Source of the DNA: Felis catus
Taxonomy: Eukaryota
DNA length: 64,000 nucleotides
Direction: 5' to 3'
Assembly (NCBI RefSeq): GCF_018350175.1
Contig: NC_058368.1
Span: 147,624,001-147,688,000 of the forward strand
A model generated the notes under the pieces. It worked only from the letters and a program-made list of their open reading frames with translations. It made no database searches and had not been told where the DNA came from. A program made the position numbers and the translations under genes. Positions 1-12,495 of this stretch are shown here, in pieces (within the stretch, counting starts at the first letter, position 1; each line of letters begins with the position of its first letter).

Positions 1-1758
1 TAATGCTGTTGAAATGTTCTTAATATTCAAAGCAACATACAGAGTCAATACAATCCCAAACAAAATTCCTGTCTTCTTTCACAGTAATAGGAGAATCCTA
101 AGATTTCATGGAAACACAAAAGACCCTGAAGAGCTGAGGGAAATCTGACAAAGATGAGCAAAGCTACAGGCATTGTATTTCTTAATTACAAACTATATTA
201 CAAATTTATGGTAATCAAAACTGTATGCCATTGGCATAAAAACAGATAAACAGATAAATACAACAGAGGAGTGAGCCCAGGAGTAAGCCTATGCCTAAAT
301 AGTCAATTCATTTATGACAAAGGAGTCAAAAATATACAATGAGGAAAGAATAATCTCTTCAATAAATGGAGCTCAGAAAACTAGATGGTCACATGGAAAG
401 GAATGAAACTGGATCCCTGTCTTATACCATACACAAAAATAAATTCAAAATGGATTAAAAATATGAATGTAAGATGTGAAATCATAAAACCCCAGTAGAA
501 AACATACACAAATCTTCTTGACACTGATCTTGGCAATTTGTTTTTGGATTTGACACAAAACACCACAAAAGCAAAAATAAACAAGTAAAACTGTATCAAA
601 TAAAAAAAATGTTTTTTGTGTGACAAAGCAAACGATTAAAAAAGTGAAAAATCAATGCAGTAAATAGAAAATATTTCAAATCACATATTTAATATTGGGT
701 TAAATCCAAAATATATAAAGAACTCAGACAATTCAAAAGAAAAAAATTCCAATAAAAATGTGCAGAGGAACTGAATAAACATTTTTCCAGATATACAAAT
801 GACCAACAGGTACCTGAAAAGATGCTCAGTGTCACTAATTATCAGGGAAATGGAAATCAAAATCACAATGAGATGTTATCTGTCACCAGTTAGAATGACT
901 GTTATTAAAAAATACAATAACTAACAAATACTCAGTAAGATTGTGGTAAAAAAGAAACCCTTGTGCACTGTTGTAAGAATATAAATTGATGCAGCCACTG
1001 TGGAAAGCAGTATGGAAGTTCCTCAAAAAATTAAAAATAGAATGGTCACATGATGGAGCAATTCTATTTCTAGGTATTTACCCCAGAGATATGGAATTGC
1101 TATCTTAAGAGATAATTGTATTCCCATGTATGTTGCAGCTTGTTGACAATAGTCAAGAAATGGAAACAATGTAAGTGTCCATCAAAGGACAGATGGATAA
1201 ATAACATGTGGTGTATACATACAGTGGAGTATTATTGAGACATAAAATGGAAGGATATCTTGCGATCCTGAAACAGCATGGATGAACTTTGGCGGGGCAC
1301 CATGCTTAATGAAAGAAGTCAGAGAAAGAGAAATATTGCAGGAAATCACTTACATATGGACTCTTAATGAAACAAAACAGAATTCATAGATACAGAGAAC
1401 AGATTGATGGTTGTCAGAAAAAGGGTTTGGGGAGATGGGGCAGACAGAGTAGAAGAAATTATTCAAATGGTATGAGTTACCACTTATAAGATAAATAAGT
1501 CCTGAGAACACAATATACCATGAGAAGCATAGTTAACAATACTATATTGTGTATTTCAAAGTTGCTAAGACAACATATTTTAAAAGATCTTATCACACAC
1601 ATGCAAAAATTTCTAATTATGTGTGATAATAGATATTAAATGAACTTACTGTGATAATAATTTTGCAATATACACAAATATTAAATCATGTTGTAATCCA
1701 AAACTAATACAATGTATGTCAGTTATATCTCAACTAAAAAATTTTAAAATGAAAAAAA
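1..1758 (+). mobile_element. Old LINE-1 3' portion (ORF2 C-terminal remnant plus 3' UTR), L1MA9-like; truncated by window start
   Basis: Degenerate ORF2 motifs (aatctcttcaataaatgg, gaaatggaaatcaaaatcacaatgaga, gcagccactgtggaaagcagtatgg) and a 3' UTR ending gtcagttatatctcaactaaaaa plus A-rich tail. Confidence 0.9.
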
Positions 1759-1799
1759 GCTGACACAGTATTTCAGAGTTCATTTATATTTTTAAGCCT

Positions 1800-1970
1800 C
1801 TTTAAACTATTTTCACAACTTATATAACTATAATACAACTATTAAGAACACAATATTAATAATATTAAATGAACTAAAGACCCTGCTCAGATATCACTAA
1901 TTTCTCAACAAATATCCTTTTTCTGTCTCTGGATCCTATAAAAGACTGTGCACTGCATTTAATTTTATTT
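1800..1970 (-). mobile_element. Ancient L1 3' UTR remnant (L1MC4/5-like)
   Basis: Resembles the antisense L1MC 3' end (cagatatcactaatt...tccttttt...cactgcatttaa); recalled similarity only. Confidence 0.45.
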
Positions 1971-2870
1971 CTCCGCCTATAAAATGCAAGGTTCTTCTGA
2001 GCCACTCAAATACCTTGAATGTATAGAAAAATTAATTTCACGTAACAAATAAGCAACAGAAAAGTTTCAAACTACATATAGAATTGATGACGAGAAAGTA
2101 AGAGAACAAAGAATATAACATTCCAATGAACAATCCAAGTCCACTGGGCAGATATACTCATCTGCTCATCTTATCTGCTCACAGAAGAGATGAAAACCAT
2201 AACCTAGCGTTTCAAACTGATGAAAAAATGACAGAGGCTAAGAGGAAGGAAGAGAGCAGCGGAGCAAGAGGACCCTAGGCTCACCCAGCCTCACAAATAC
2301 AACTAGATAACTATGAAATCACCATTAATACCCTAGAAATTGACCGGAAGACAGGGAGAACAAACTCCACAACTAAAGGTAGAAAGGAGGCCATATGGAA
2401 GAGAGGGAGTGCAGAGATGAGGCTTGGGAGAGAAACAGATCATGGCTTCTGTGCTGGGGAGGGAGCTGTGTTTGCACAGAAGGGTAAGAGACAGCACAAA
2501 GGGATTGCATGGGGAAAACAAATTTCCATAGCAGTTGGCTACAGAAATGAGAGGGACTGTACTTTGTCAACTCCTGCAACCAGTGGGGCTTGAAGCCTGG
2601 AGTTTTAAAGGTCAATGGAGACTTAGATCAGATAGAGCCTGGGAGTCACTGGGGCTGCTTTTGGAGAGAATGCAGTGCAAATAGCCCACAGACCTACCAG
2701 TGCAACCAGTGATCTCAACAGTGCCTGGGGCATACAGGGGGGAGGTTTAGTTGCTTATCTTAGATCATGTCCCAGAGAAGCAGTGTTCACAGAGATATCA
2801 TTCTAGAAATACAAGAAATGGTAGGTGCCAAATCCCTCTCCTGTCCTTCAGCATAAACACAAGGCCACCT

Positions 2871-3224
2871 CTCCAAATTAGGCGAGCCCTTGACCTACTC
2901 ACTTCAGAAAAAGGAGGGACTTATAGCTTTCTGGGGGAAGAATGCTGCTATTTTGTAAACCAATCAGGAATAGTCAGGACTAAGGTTAAGGAACTCAAGG
3001 AAAGAATTCAACGTAGACAACAGGAAAATATCAAACAATGGAAAGGATGGGATCTCAGGGATTGAGTATCCTGGTTTCCTGCCCTGGTAGGGCCCCTCCT
3101 TTACCTAATTTTACTTGTGACCATCAGCCCCTGTGTATTAAATACCCTGGTCCGTTTTACTGAAAACACTGTTGCTCCCCAAATTGTAGCACGTATCTTA
3201 ACCCTCCCAGGGGACCAACCCTAG
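2871..3224 (+). pseudogene. env: Gamma-type retroviral envelope TM-subunit fragment (immunosuppressive domain, mutated CX6CC, membrane anchor)
   Basis: Reads [49 protein letters not shown]...DLRD*VSWFPALVGPLLYLILLVTISPCVLNTLVRF; in-frame TGA at 3063-3065; first Cys of CX6CC changed to Tyr. Confidence 0.93.
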
Positions 3225-3563
3225 AACTAAAAAGTGATGCCTAATAAAAGATTTTTAAAAAGGCATCAAAGGGGGGAATGTTGGGAAAATGAATAAAGTT
3301 TTACACCATAAATGGATGATGGGACTAAAACAAGCTCTGGTCTCTGGCTTCAAAACCCCTCTTCTGAGTTCTTGCCCTGTTTGCCAGGCGCGCACATGAG
3401 CCCTCCTGCCAAATATGGAGGCTGACAACTATAAATTACCCCTCCCACTTGCATTCAGAGCTCCGATATTTGGAGAAAGAGTCTCCTCTGAGCCCGCTGG
3501 TGTTAAATAAACTTTCAATCCACCAAAAAACAAAACAAAACAAAAAACAAAAACAAAAAAACC
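2871..3563 (+). mobile_element. 5'-truncated processed retrocopy of an ERV transcript: env TM region, PPT, LTR U3-R, poly(A)
   Basis: Exact 14-bp TSD acacaaggccacct (2857-2870 / 3564-3577); PPT aaaggggggaa 3268-3278; LTR start TG at 3279; TATAAA 3430-3435; AATAAA 3506-3511; A-rich tail 3525-3561; no U5. Confidence 0.92.
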
Positions 3564-4031
3564 ACACAAGGCCACCTGTGGGAAACAGTGCAGTGTCAAC
3601 ACTCACTACCTAACTGGCTTATACCAAACTCCACTCTCTGGAACTCTGGAAAAACCACCATTCCCAGTCATCTTTGCCTCAGTCCCAGTGCTGTGGGTCT
3701 CCTGACAAAACTGGCCTCAAAACCTGCCAATCCTGTGTCTCCTGACCCAGGAGTTTCAGAAGGCCTCAGTTTCATTGGAAGGAGTGACAACAGTTCTCAT
3801 TTTACAAGCAGGCCAGAGCACACCAGTGAAAACATGCCACATTCAGGCCAGGGACCTATCAGTGCCCACAATAGGCAAAGAGAGACCCTGTACATGACTG
3901 GCATTAACATGACACAACAGCAGAGTGCACACATCTCTCGGGAGACACACACATTGGAGACACTCCTGGAAATACCAGGCCCTGGGAAACAGGGGACATT
4001 ACTTGACAAGGCATTATAAAACCTCTTCTTT

Positions 4032-4250
4032 AGGAGCACTTGAGTGGCTCAGTTGGTTAAGGGTCTGATTTTGGCTCAGGTCATGATCTCACAGTACATG
4101 GGTTCGAGCCCAGTCTCGGGTTCTGTGTTGATAGCTCAGAGCCTGGAGCCTGTTTCAGATTCTGTGTCTCCCTCTCTTTCTTCTGCTCCCCACCTTGTGC
4201 TGTCTTTGTCTCTCAAAAATTAAAAAAAATGTTAAAAAGTTTAAAAAATA
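4032..4250 (+). mobile_element. CanSINE (older felid SINEC) inside the L1 5' UTR
   Basis: tRNA-derived head gtggctcagttggttaag, CT-rich region, A tail; TSD tataaaacctcttc(t/c)tt 4015-4031 / 4251-4267. Confidence 0.92.
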
Positions 4251-4346
4251 TATAAAACCTCTTCCTTATAAAGTCATTACCCTCAAAAAGAAGAGACATA
4301 GCTGATTTTCCTAACATAGACAATCAGGTAAAGAGACTTAGACAAA

Positions 4347-5990
4347 ATGAGAATACAGAGGAATTTGTCCCAAATGTCAGAACAGGACAAGTCCACAGCC
4401 AGAGACGTGAGCAAAACAGATATAAGTAACATGCCTGATGGCAAATTTAAAGCAATGATTATTAAGATACTAACTGGACTTGAAAAGAAAGTGGAGAATA
4501 TCAGTGAGACTATTAACACAGAGATAAGGAATAACATAGCAGATATAAAGTGATCAATAAGTCAAGTGAGAAATATGATTGATGGGATCAACAGCAGGAT
4601 GGAAGAAGAAGAGGAACAGATTAATGGCCTAGAAGACTGAGTATGGGAGAGTAATCAAGATGAACAAAAGACAGAAAAAAAGAATTATCCAAAATGGGAA
4701 TAGACTTAGGAAACTCAGTGACTCCATCAACCATAGTAACATTGATATTATAGGAGTCCCAGAAGACGAAGAGAGAGATGATATCTGACGCCAGTCAGAG
4801 TGGCCAAAATGAACAAATCGGGAGACTATAGATGCTGGTGAGGATGTGGAGAAACGGGAACCCTCTTGCACTCTTGGTGGGAATGCAAATTGGTGCAGCC
4901 ACTCTGGAAAACAGTGTGGAGGTTCCCCAAAAAATTAAAAATAGACCTACTCTATGACTCAGCAATAGCACTGCTAGGAATTTACCCAAGGGATACAGGA
5001 GTGCTGATGCATAGGGGCACTTGTACCCCAATGTTTATAGCAGCACTCTCAACAATAGCCAAATTATGGAAAGAACCTAAATGTCCAACAACTGGTGAAT
5101 GGATAAAGAAATTGTGGTTTATATACACAATGGAGTACTACGTGGCAATGAGAAAGAATGAAATATGGCCTTTTGTAGCAACGTGGAGAACTGGAGAGTG
5201 TTATGCTAAGTGAAATAAGCCATACAGAGAAAGACGGATACCATATGTTTTCACTCTTATGTGGATCCTGAGAAACTTAACAGAAACCCATGGGGGAGGG
5301 GAAGGAAAAAAATAAAAAGAGGTTAGAGTGGAAGAGAGCCAAAGCATAACAGACTCTTAAAAACTGAGAATTGAGGGTTGATGGGGGGTGGGAGGGAGGG
5401 GACGGTGGGTGATGGGTATTGAGGAGGGCACCTTTTGGGATGAGCAGTGGGTGTTGTATGGAAACCAATTTGACAATAAACTTCATATATTGAAAAAAAA
5501 AAAAAAGAAGGAGAGAGAAAAGGGGCCAGCAAATTTATTTGAAGAAATAGTAGCTGAAAAATTCCCTCATGTGGGGAAGAAAACAGATACTCACATTCAG
5601 GAAGCAGAGAACTCCCATCAAAATTAACAAAAGCAGACCCACACTAATACATATGAATTAAAATGGCAAAATACAGTGATAAAGAAAAAATATTAAAAGC
5701 AACAAGATAAAAGAAGAAAGTTAAATACAAAGGAAACCCCATAAAGCTATAGCAGATTTTGCAGCAGAAACTTTTCAAGCTAAAAAGAAGTGGCATGATA
5801 TATTCATTGAAAGGGGTGAATGGGAAAAATCTGCAGCCAGCAATATTTTTCCCAGCAAGGCTATCCTTCATAACATAAGGAGAGATAAAACGTTTATTAG
5901 ACAAACAAAACTAAAGGAGTTTGTGACCACTAACCCTGCCCTGCAAGAAATATTAAAGGGAAGAGTAAGTGAAAAGCAAAGATGAAAACT
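4347..5990 (+). pseudogene. L1 ORF1 remnant (stops and frameshifts), interrupted by a young L1 fragment
   Basis: MRIQRNLSQMSEQDK...FKAMIIKILTGLEK; resumes after 5506 with EREKGPANLFEEIVAEKFP; end approximate. Confidence 0.8.
4779..5506 (+). mobile_element. Young felid L1 5'-truncated copy inserted in host L1 ORF1
   Basis: ORF2 C-terminus [19 protein letters not shown], felid 3' UTR, poly(A) 5493-5506; imperfect purine-rich TSD (gaagagagaga / gaaggagagaga). Confidence 0.93.
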
Positions 5991-6331
5991 GACACTATTA
6001 AAGTAGGAAGGACAAAAGCAGTAAAAATTAATATTTCTGTAAAAACCAGTCAAGGAACATACAACATAAAAGTATGTAAAACATGACACCATATTCCTGG
6101 AACGTAGGGAAGAGAGGAGTAAAGAATGAGTTCAAATTTAAATGGCCATCAACTTAACATAGACTGCTATATGCAGGTGATGTCACACACAAACTTAACA
6201 GTCATCACAAGTCCAAAACTGCTAATTAGTATTCAAAGAATATAGAGAAAAAAATCCAAATATATCACTAAAGAAAAAAACCCAGCAAACTATGAAAGAA
6301 AGACAAGAGATGATCAGAAATGATCTCCAGA

Positions 6332-7008
6332 GAAACGGGAACCCTCTTGCACTCTTGGTGGGAATGCAAATTGGTGCAGCCGCTCTGGAAAGCAGTGTGG
6401 AGGTTCCTCAGAAAATTAAAGATAGACCTACCCTCTGACCCAGCAATAGCACTGCTAGGAATTTATCCAAGGGATACAGGAGTACTGATGCATAGGGCCA
6501 CTTGTACCCCAATGTTCATAGCAGCACTCTCAACAATAGCCAAATTATGGAAAGAGCCTAAATGTCCATCAACTGATGAATGGATAAAGAAATTGTGGTT
6601 TATATACACAATGGAGTACTACGTGGCAATGAGAAAAAATGAAATATGGCCTTTTGTAGCAACGTGGATGGAACTGGAGAGTGTGATGCTAAGTGAAATA
6701 AGTCATACAGAGAAAGACAGATACCATATGGTTTCACTCTTATGTGGACCCTGAGAAATTAACAGGAACCCATGGGGGAGGGGAAGGAAAAAAAAAAAAC
6801 AGGTTAGAGTGGGAGAGAGCCAAAGCATAAGAGACTCTTAAAAACTGAGAACAAACTGAGGGTTGATGGGGGGTGGGAGGGAGGAGAGGGTGGGTGATGG
6901 GTATTGAGGAGGGCACCTTTTGGGATGAGCACTGGGTGTTGTATGGAAACCAATTTGTCAATAAATTTCATATTAAAAAAAAATACTTAGCAAACATAAA
7001 AAAAAAAA
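6332..7008 (+). mobile_element. Young felid L1 5'-truncated copy with double poly(A), inserted in host inter-ORF spacer
   Basis: Open ORF2 C-terminus to 6754; exact 16-bp TSD agaaatgatctccaga 6316-6331 / 7009-7024. Confidence 0.95.
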
Positions 7009-7126
7009 AGAAATGATCTCCAGAAACAACCACGAAACAAGAAATAAAATATATATCTATCAATAATTACTTTGAATCTAAATGGATTAATGCTCAATCT
7101 TAGGACACAAGGTGACAGAATGGAAT

Positions 7127-7128
<2 letters not shown>

Positions 7129-7166
<38 letters not shown>
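7129..7166 (+). repeat. (AC)n microsatellite
   Basis: Perfect AC run of about 19 units. Confidence 0.97.
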
Positions 7167-7168
<2 letters not shown>

Positions 7169-7203
7169 CTAATCTATATACTGCCTACAAGAGACTCATT
7201 TTA

Positions 7204-7423
7204 TTTTTTTTTTAATTTTTTTTTCAATGTTTATTTATTTTTGGGACAGAGAGAGACAGAGCATGAACGGGGGAGGGGCAGAGAGAGAGGGAGACACAGA
7301 ATCAGAAACAGGCTCCAGGCTCTGAGCCATCAGCCCAGAGCCCGACGCGGGGCTCGAACTCACGGACCGCGAGATCGTGACCTGGCTGAAGTCGGACGCT
7401 TAACCAGGCGCCACCCAGGCGCC
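7204..7423 (-). mobile_element. Young felid CanSINE (SINEC_Fc-type)
   Basis: CpG-rich near-consensus body; TSD caagagactcatttta 7188-7203 / 7424-7439. Confidence 0.96.
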
Positions 7424-8412
7424 CAAGAGACTCATTTTAGACATCTTTACATCACCTGCAGATTCAAAGTGAGGGAATAGAGAAACATCTACCATGCCAA
7501 CGGATGTCAAAAGAGTAGAAATTGCTTATATTGGACCAACTAGACTTTAAAACAAAGACTGTAACATGAGACAACTAATGACACTGTATCATAATAAAGG
7601 CAACAATCCAAAAGATGGAACAATTGTAAATATTTATGCACCCAACATGGAAGAACTCAAATACATAGAACAGTTAATAAAAGCATAAAGGAAATCATCA
7701 ATAATAATACAATAATAGAAGGGGACTTTAACACCTCAAATACATCAATGGATAGATCCTCCAAACAGAAAATCAACGAAGAAACAATGGTTTTGAATGA
7801 CATATTGGACCAGATGGATTTAACAGATACATTCAAAACATTCAACCCTAAAACAGCAGAGAACACATTCTTTTTAACTGCACATGGAAGATTATCTAAA
7901 TAAATCACATAGTGGGCAACAAAACAAGTCTCAAGAAATTAGAAGAGATCAAAGTCATAACGTGCATCTTTTCTGATCACAACACTCTGAAACTATAAGT
8001 CAATCATGAGAAAAAAATCTGTAAAGACCACAAATACATGGAAGTTAAATAACATGCTACTAAATGATGAATGGGTCAACCAGGAAATCGAGTAAAGAAA
8101 TTAAAAATCATATAGAAACAAATGAAAATGAAAACACAATGGTTCGAAACCTTTGGGAAGCACCAAAAAATGGTTCTAAAAGGGAAGTTTATAGCAATAT
8201 AGGCCTATATCAAGAAGCAAGAAAAATCTCCAACAACCTAACCTTACACCTAAAGGAGCTAGAAAAACAACAATGCACAAAACCTAAGACCAGCAGAAGG
8301 AAATATTAAAGATTGTGGCAGAAATAAATGATATACAAATAAAAGAAATAACAGATCAATGAAACCAGGAACTGGCTTAAAAAATAAAATTGATAAACCT
8401 CTAGCCAGAATT

Positions 8413-8414
<2 letters not shown>

Positions 8415-8465
<51 letters not shown>
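8415..8465 (+). repeat. (AG)n microsatellite within L1 ORF2
   Basis: Perfect AG run of about 25 units. Confidence 0.97.
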
Positions 8466-8468
<3 letters not shown>

Positions 8469-11400
8469 GGGACCCACATAAATAACCACCACAAAAAATA
8501 CAATTATAAGAGAATATTGTAAAAACTCTATGCCAACAAATTAGAAAACCGGAAAAAAAATGAATAAATTCTTACAAACTTTTTAACTACCAGAAATGAA
8601 ACAGGAAGAAATGGTAAACTTTAACAGACTGAAAACCAGCAAAGAAATTAAATCAGTAATAAAAAATCTCCCAACAAACAAAAGTCTACAGACATGATAG
8701 CTTCACAGAAAATTCCACCAAATATGTGAAGAAGAGTTAATGCCTATTCTTTTCAAACTATTCAAAAAAATTGAAAAATGAAATTCCCATTTCATTCTAT
8801 AAGACCCATATTACTCTGATACCAAAACCAGGTAAAGACACCACAAAAAAGAGAACTACAGGCCAACATCTCTGATGAACATAGATACAATAGTCCTCAA
8901 CAAAATATTAGCAAACTAAATCCAAGAACACATTAAAGAAAATAACCCACCGTGATCAAGCGGGATTTATTCTTGGGTTGCAAGGATTGTTCAATATTCA
9001 CAAATCAATTAACCTGGCACATCACATCAATACGAGAATGGTTAAGAACCATATGATCATTTTGATAGACGCAGAGAAACCATTTGAAAAAGAACAACAT
9101 CCATTCGTGATAAAAACCCTCAACAAAATAAGTTGAGAGGGAACATATACCAACATAATATAGGCAATAAAGGAAAAACCCACAGATAACAGCATCCTCA
9201 GTGGGGAAAAATTGAGAGCTTTTCCCCTAAGGTCGGGAACAAGACAAGGATATCCACTCTCACTATTCTCATTCAACATAGTACTAGAAGGCCCAGTCAC
9301 AGCAACCAGACAAGAAATGAAAGAAAGAAACACAATTGGCAATGAAGAAATAAACTTTCACTGTATGCAGATGACATGATACAATATATAGAAAATCTAA
9401 AAGACTCCAACAAAAAATGGCGATAACTGATAAATTCAGTAAAGTGGCAGGATGCAAAATCAATCTACAAAAATCTGTTACATTTCTATACAACAATAAT
9501 GAAACAGCAGAAAGAATTAAGAAAACAATCCCACTGAAATTGTACCAAAAATAATAAGACATCTAGGAATAAACCTAACCAAAGAGGTGAAATACCTGTA
9601 CTTAGAACTATAAAATCTGATGCAAGAAGTTGATGACACAAAGAAATGAAAAGACATTCCATGCTCATGAATTGGAGTAACAAATATTGTTATAATGTCT
9701 ACCCTAGTACTCAAAGCAATCTCCACATTCAATGCAATCCCTATCAAAATATCAACAGCATTTTTCACAGAGCTAGAACAAACCATTTGTATGGAACCAC
9801 TAAAGACCCTGAATAGCCAAAGCAATCTTGAAAAAAGAAAAGCAAAGCTGGAGACATTACAATTCTGGACTTCAAGTTCTATTACAAAGCTGTAGTGATC
9901 AAACCAATATAATACTAGCACAAAAATAGACACATAAATTCATGGAACAAAATAAAAAACCCATAAATGAACCTGCAACTAAATAGTCAATTAATCTTTG
10001 ACAAAGCAGGAAAGAATATCCAATGGGAAAGAATATTGTCTTTTCAACAAATGATGTTGGGAAAACTGGAAAACAACATGTAAAAGAATGAGAGTGGGCC
10101 ACTTTCTTATACCATACACAAAAATAAAGTCAAAAATGGATTAAAGGCCTAAAGATGAGAGACATGAAACCAAAAAAAAATCCTAGAATTTATTTTGTCT
10201 ATTGCACAGGCACTAATTTCTCTGACATCAGCTGCAACATTTTTTTCCTAGATACTTCCATCAAGGCAAAGGAAATAAAACCAAAAATAAACTATTGGGA
10301 CTTAATCAAAATTAAAACTTTCTGCACAGAAAAGGAAAAAATCAATGAAACTAAAAGGTAACTTCTGGAATAGAAAAAGATATTTGCAAATGACATATCT
10401 GATAAAGAGTATGCAAAATATATAAAGAACTTATAAAACTCAACACCCAAGGAACAAATAAATGAAAAAATGGGCAGACGACATGAACAGGTATTTCTCC
10501 CAAAACAACATAGAGAGAGGCCATCATATGAAAAGAGGCTCAACATCACTCATCTCCAGGGAAATGCAAATTAAAACTAAAGGAGTCATCACCTCACACC
10601 TGTCATGATGGCTAAAATCAACAACATAATAAACAATAGGTGCTGGTGAGGTTGTGGAGAAAAAGGAACACTTTTGCATTACTGATGGGGATACAAACTG
10701 GTACATCCACTCTGGAAAACACTATGGTATGGAAGTTCTTCAAAAAGTTAAAAATGTAACTACCCTACAATCCTGCAATGATACTACCACATATTTACCC
10801 ATAGAACATAAAAATAATAATTCACAGTGATACACACACAACTATGTTTATAGCAGTGTTATTTACAATAGCCAAGATACAGGAGCTGCCCAAGTGTCCA
10901 CTGACTGATTAATGGATAAAGAGGTGGCATATATATATATATACAATGAAATATTACTCAGCCATAAAAAAGAATGCAATCTTGCCACTGCAATGACATG
11001 GATGGAAGTAGAGAGTATAATGCCAAGCAAAATAAGTCAGATACAAATATGATATGATTTCATCCATATGTGGAATTTAAGAAACACAACCAATGAACAA
11101 AGGGGGAAAAAGAGAGAAACTGAGAAACAGGTTCTTAACTATTGAGAACAAACTGATGGTTACCAAAGGAGAGAGGGGTTGGAGGAATGGGTTAAATGGT
11201 AATGGGGATTAAGGAGTACACTTGTGATAAGCACAGTGCGATTAAAATAAAAACTTAAAAAATGATAGATGCTATGAAAGAATATCACACTTCAGAAAAG
11301 AGATTAGAGGAAAAGATTTGATAAAAGGAGTAGTCAAAATAAATTAAAAATTCATTTCATAAATTAAAGCTAAATTACAAAAAAAACAGTAAATAAAAGG

Positions 11401-12495
11401 ACGTTATTGAAAGAAGAAAGATTGAAGTTACAAAAGTTTAAAAATGAAAACAATATAATTTAGATATAGAAGATAAAGATTATATAAACACTACATATAT
11501 TTATAGAAAAAATACATATACGGGGTGGGGGGAGGGGGGAGAGAGAGCGAGAGAGATACAGACAGAAATCCTGAAGAACAAAACACTCAAACAATGAAAC
11601 ATAAGAAAAGTAGAACTCCAGAAAATCTTCCTGACCTAAAAGATAACTGGAGGCTACATACTCAGAGAGCACTGCTAAATCAACCAAGAATTCTAAGACA
11701 AGTCAAACTTGTCAAACTATGAGATTTTGAAAAAACATGAAAAAAAAATCCTTAAGGCATTCATGTATAAAGATTAAGTCATTTATAACTGAAAGAACTT
11801 CAAATTGTCATATTTTTCAGCATAGTACAAGATATTGAAATAACATTTATGATAATTCAATAAATTGTCAGCCATACTTTTTATCTAGTCGAAAGAAACT
11901 TTTTAATGAGGAAGCTTCAGATAAACTGAATAGAAGATACAGACATTCCCATAATTCCTTAGTGAAACATCTACAAACATAAGCCAAAAAAAAAGGAAAA
12001 AAAATCAGGATACACTGACATTAAAAAGGGATGGTATTAAATACATATTTAGCTGTTTACCTAAGACTAAATTATGGCTAGCAATACTGTATACTTTGCC
12101 AATGTGCATATGCTAAATTTGTCAGAATTGGAGGAAGAGGGAGGATATATGTAGGTATTAACTGGGATAATCCCTATTATTATCCTATTCAACTTGAATG
12201 CCTATTCAACTTAGATTCTGGGGAGACAAAAGAAAAGAAAGCAATATGATATAAATGACCACATGTAACAATACAAGTTGGCTTAACTCACCTAACACAA
12301 CACAATTTTAAGAACAACTTCTGATTGGTTAACAAAGCTAATTCAACATTCTGCCATTTATATGAATCTCACTTAAAGATATTTGGAAGAATTAAAAATT
12401 TAAAAGATGAAAAAAAGACATTCAAGGGAAATGCCAAGAGAAAGATGAAATTGATATCTGTTAAGACAGAAATCAGACAAAAACTATTAAAAGAT

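Larger units (their letters stand above)
7050..11070 (+). pseudogene. L1 ORF2 remnant (endonuclease / reverse transcriptase / C-terminal domain), multiply disrupted
   Basis: EN and RT motifs; fragments such as KEIKNHIETNENENT and KAISTFNAIPIKISTAFFTELEQ; many stops and frameshifts. Confidence 0.88.
2241..11256 (+). mobile_element. Near full-length, inactivated carnivore LINE-1 (5' UTR, ORF1, ORF2, 3' UTR) carrying five nested insertions
   Basis: 5' UTR start ...ggaccctaggctcaccc; ORF1 from 4347; EN motif ataattactttgaatctaaatgga near 7063; RT motif LYADDMI (ctgtatgcagatgacatgata) at 9361-9381; 18-bp TSD aaaaaatgacagaggcta (2223-2240) / aaaaaatgatagatgcta (11257-11274), 2 mismatches. Confidence 0.93.

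Noticed and set aside
2751..3065. 104-aa ORF as a functional syncytin or env gene
   Set aside because: Its N-terminus is L1 5' UTR fused by chance. It has no signal peptide, SU or fusion peptide, has a broken CX6CC, and stops before the membrane anchor.
6320..6754. 144-aa ORF as a host gene (also 4866-5213, 29852-30271)
   Set aside because: It is the L1 ORF2 C-terminus of 5'-truncated copies.
2241..11256. Active L1
   Set aside because: Both ORFs carry many stops and frameshifts and are interrupted by insertions.
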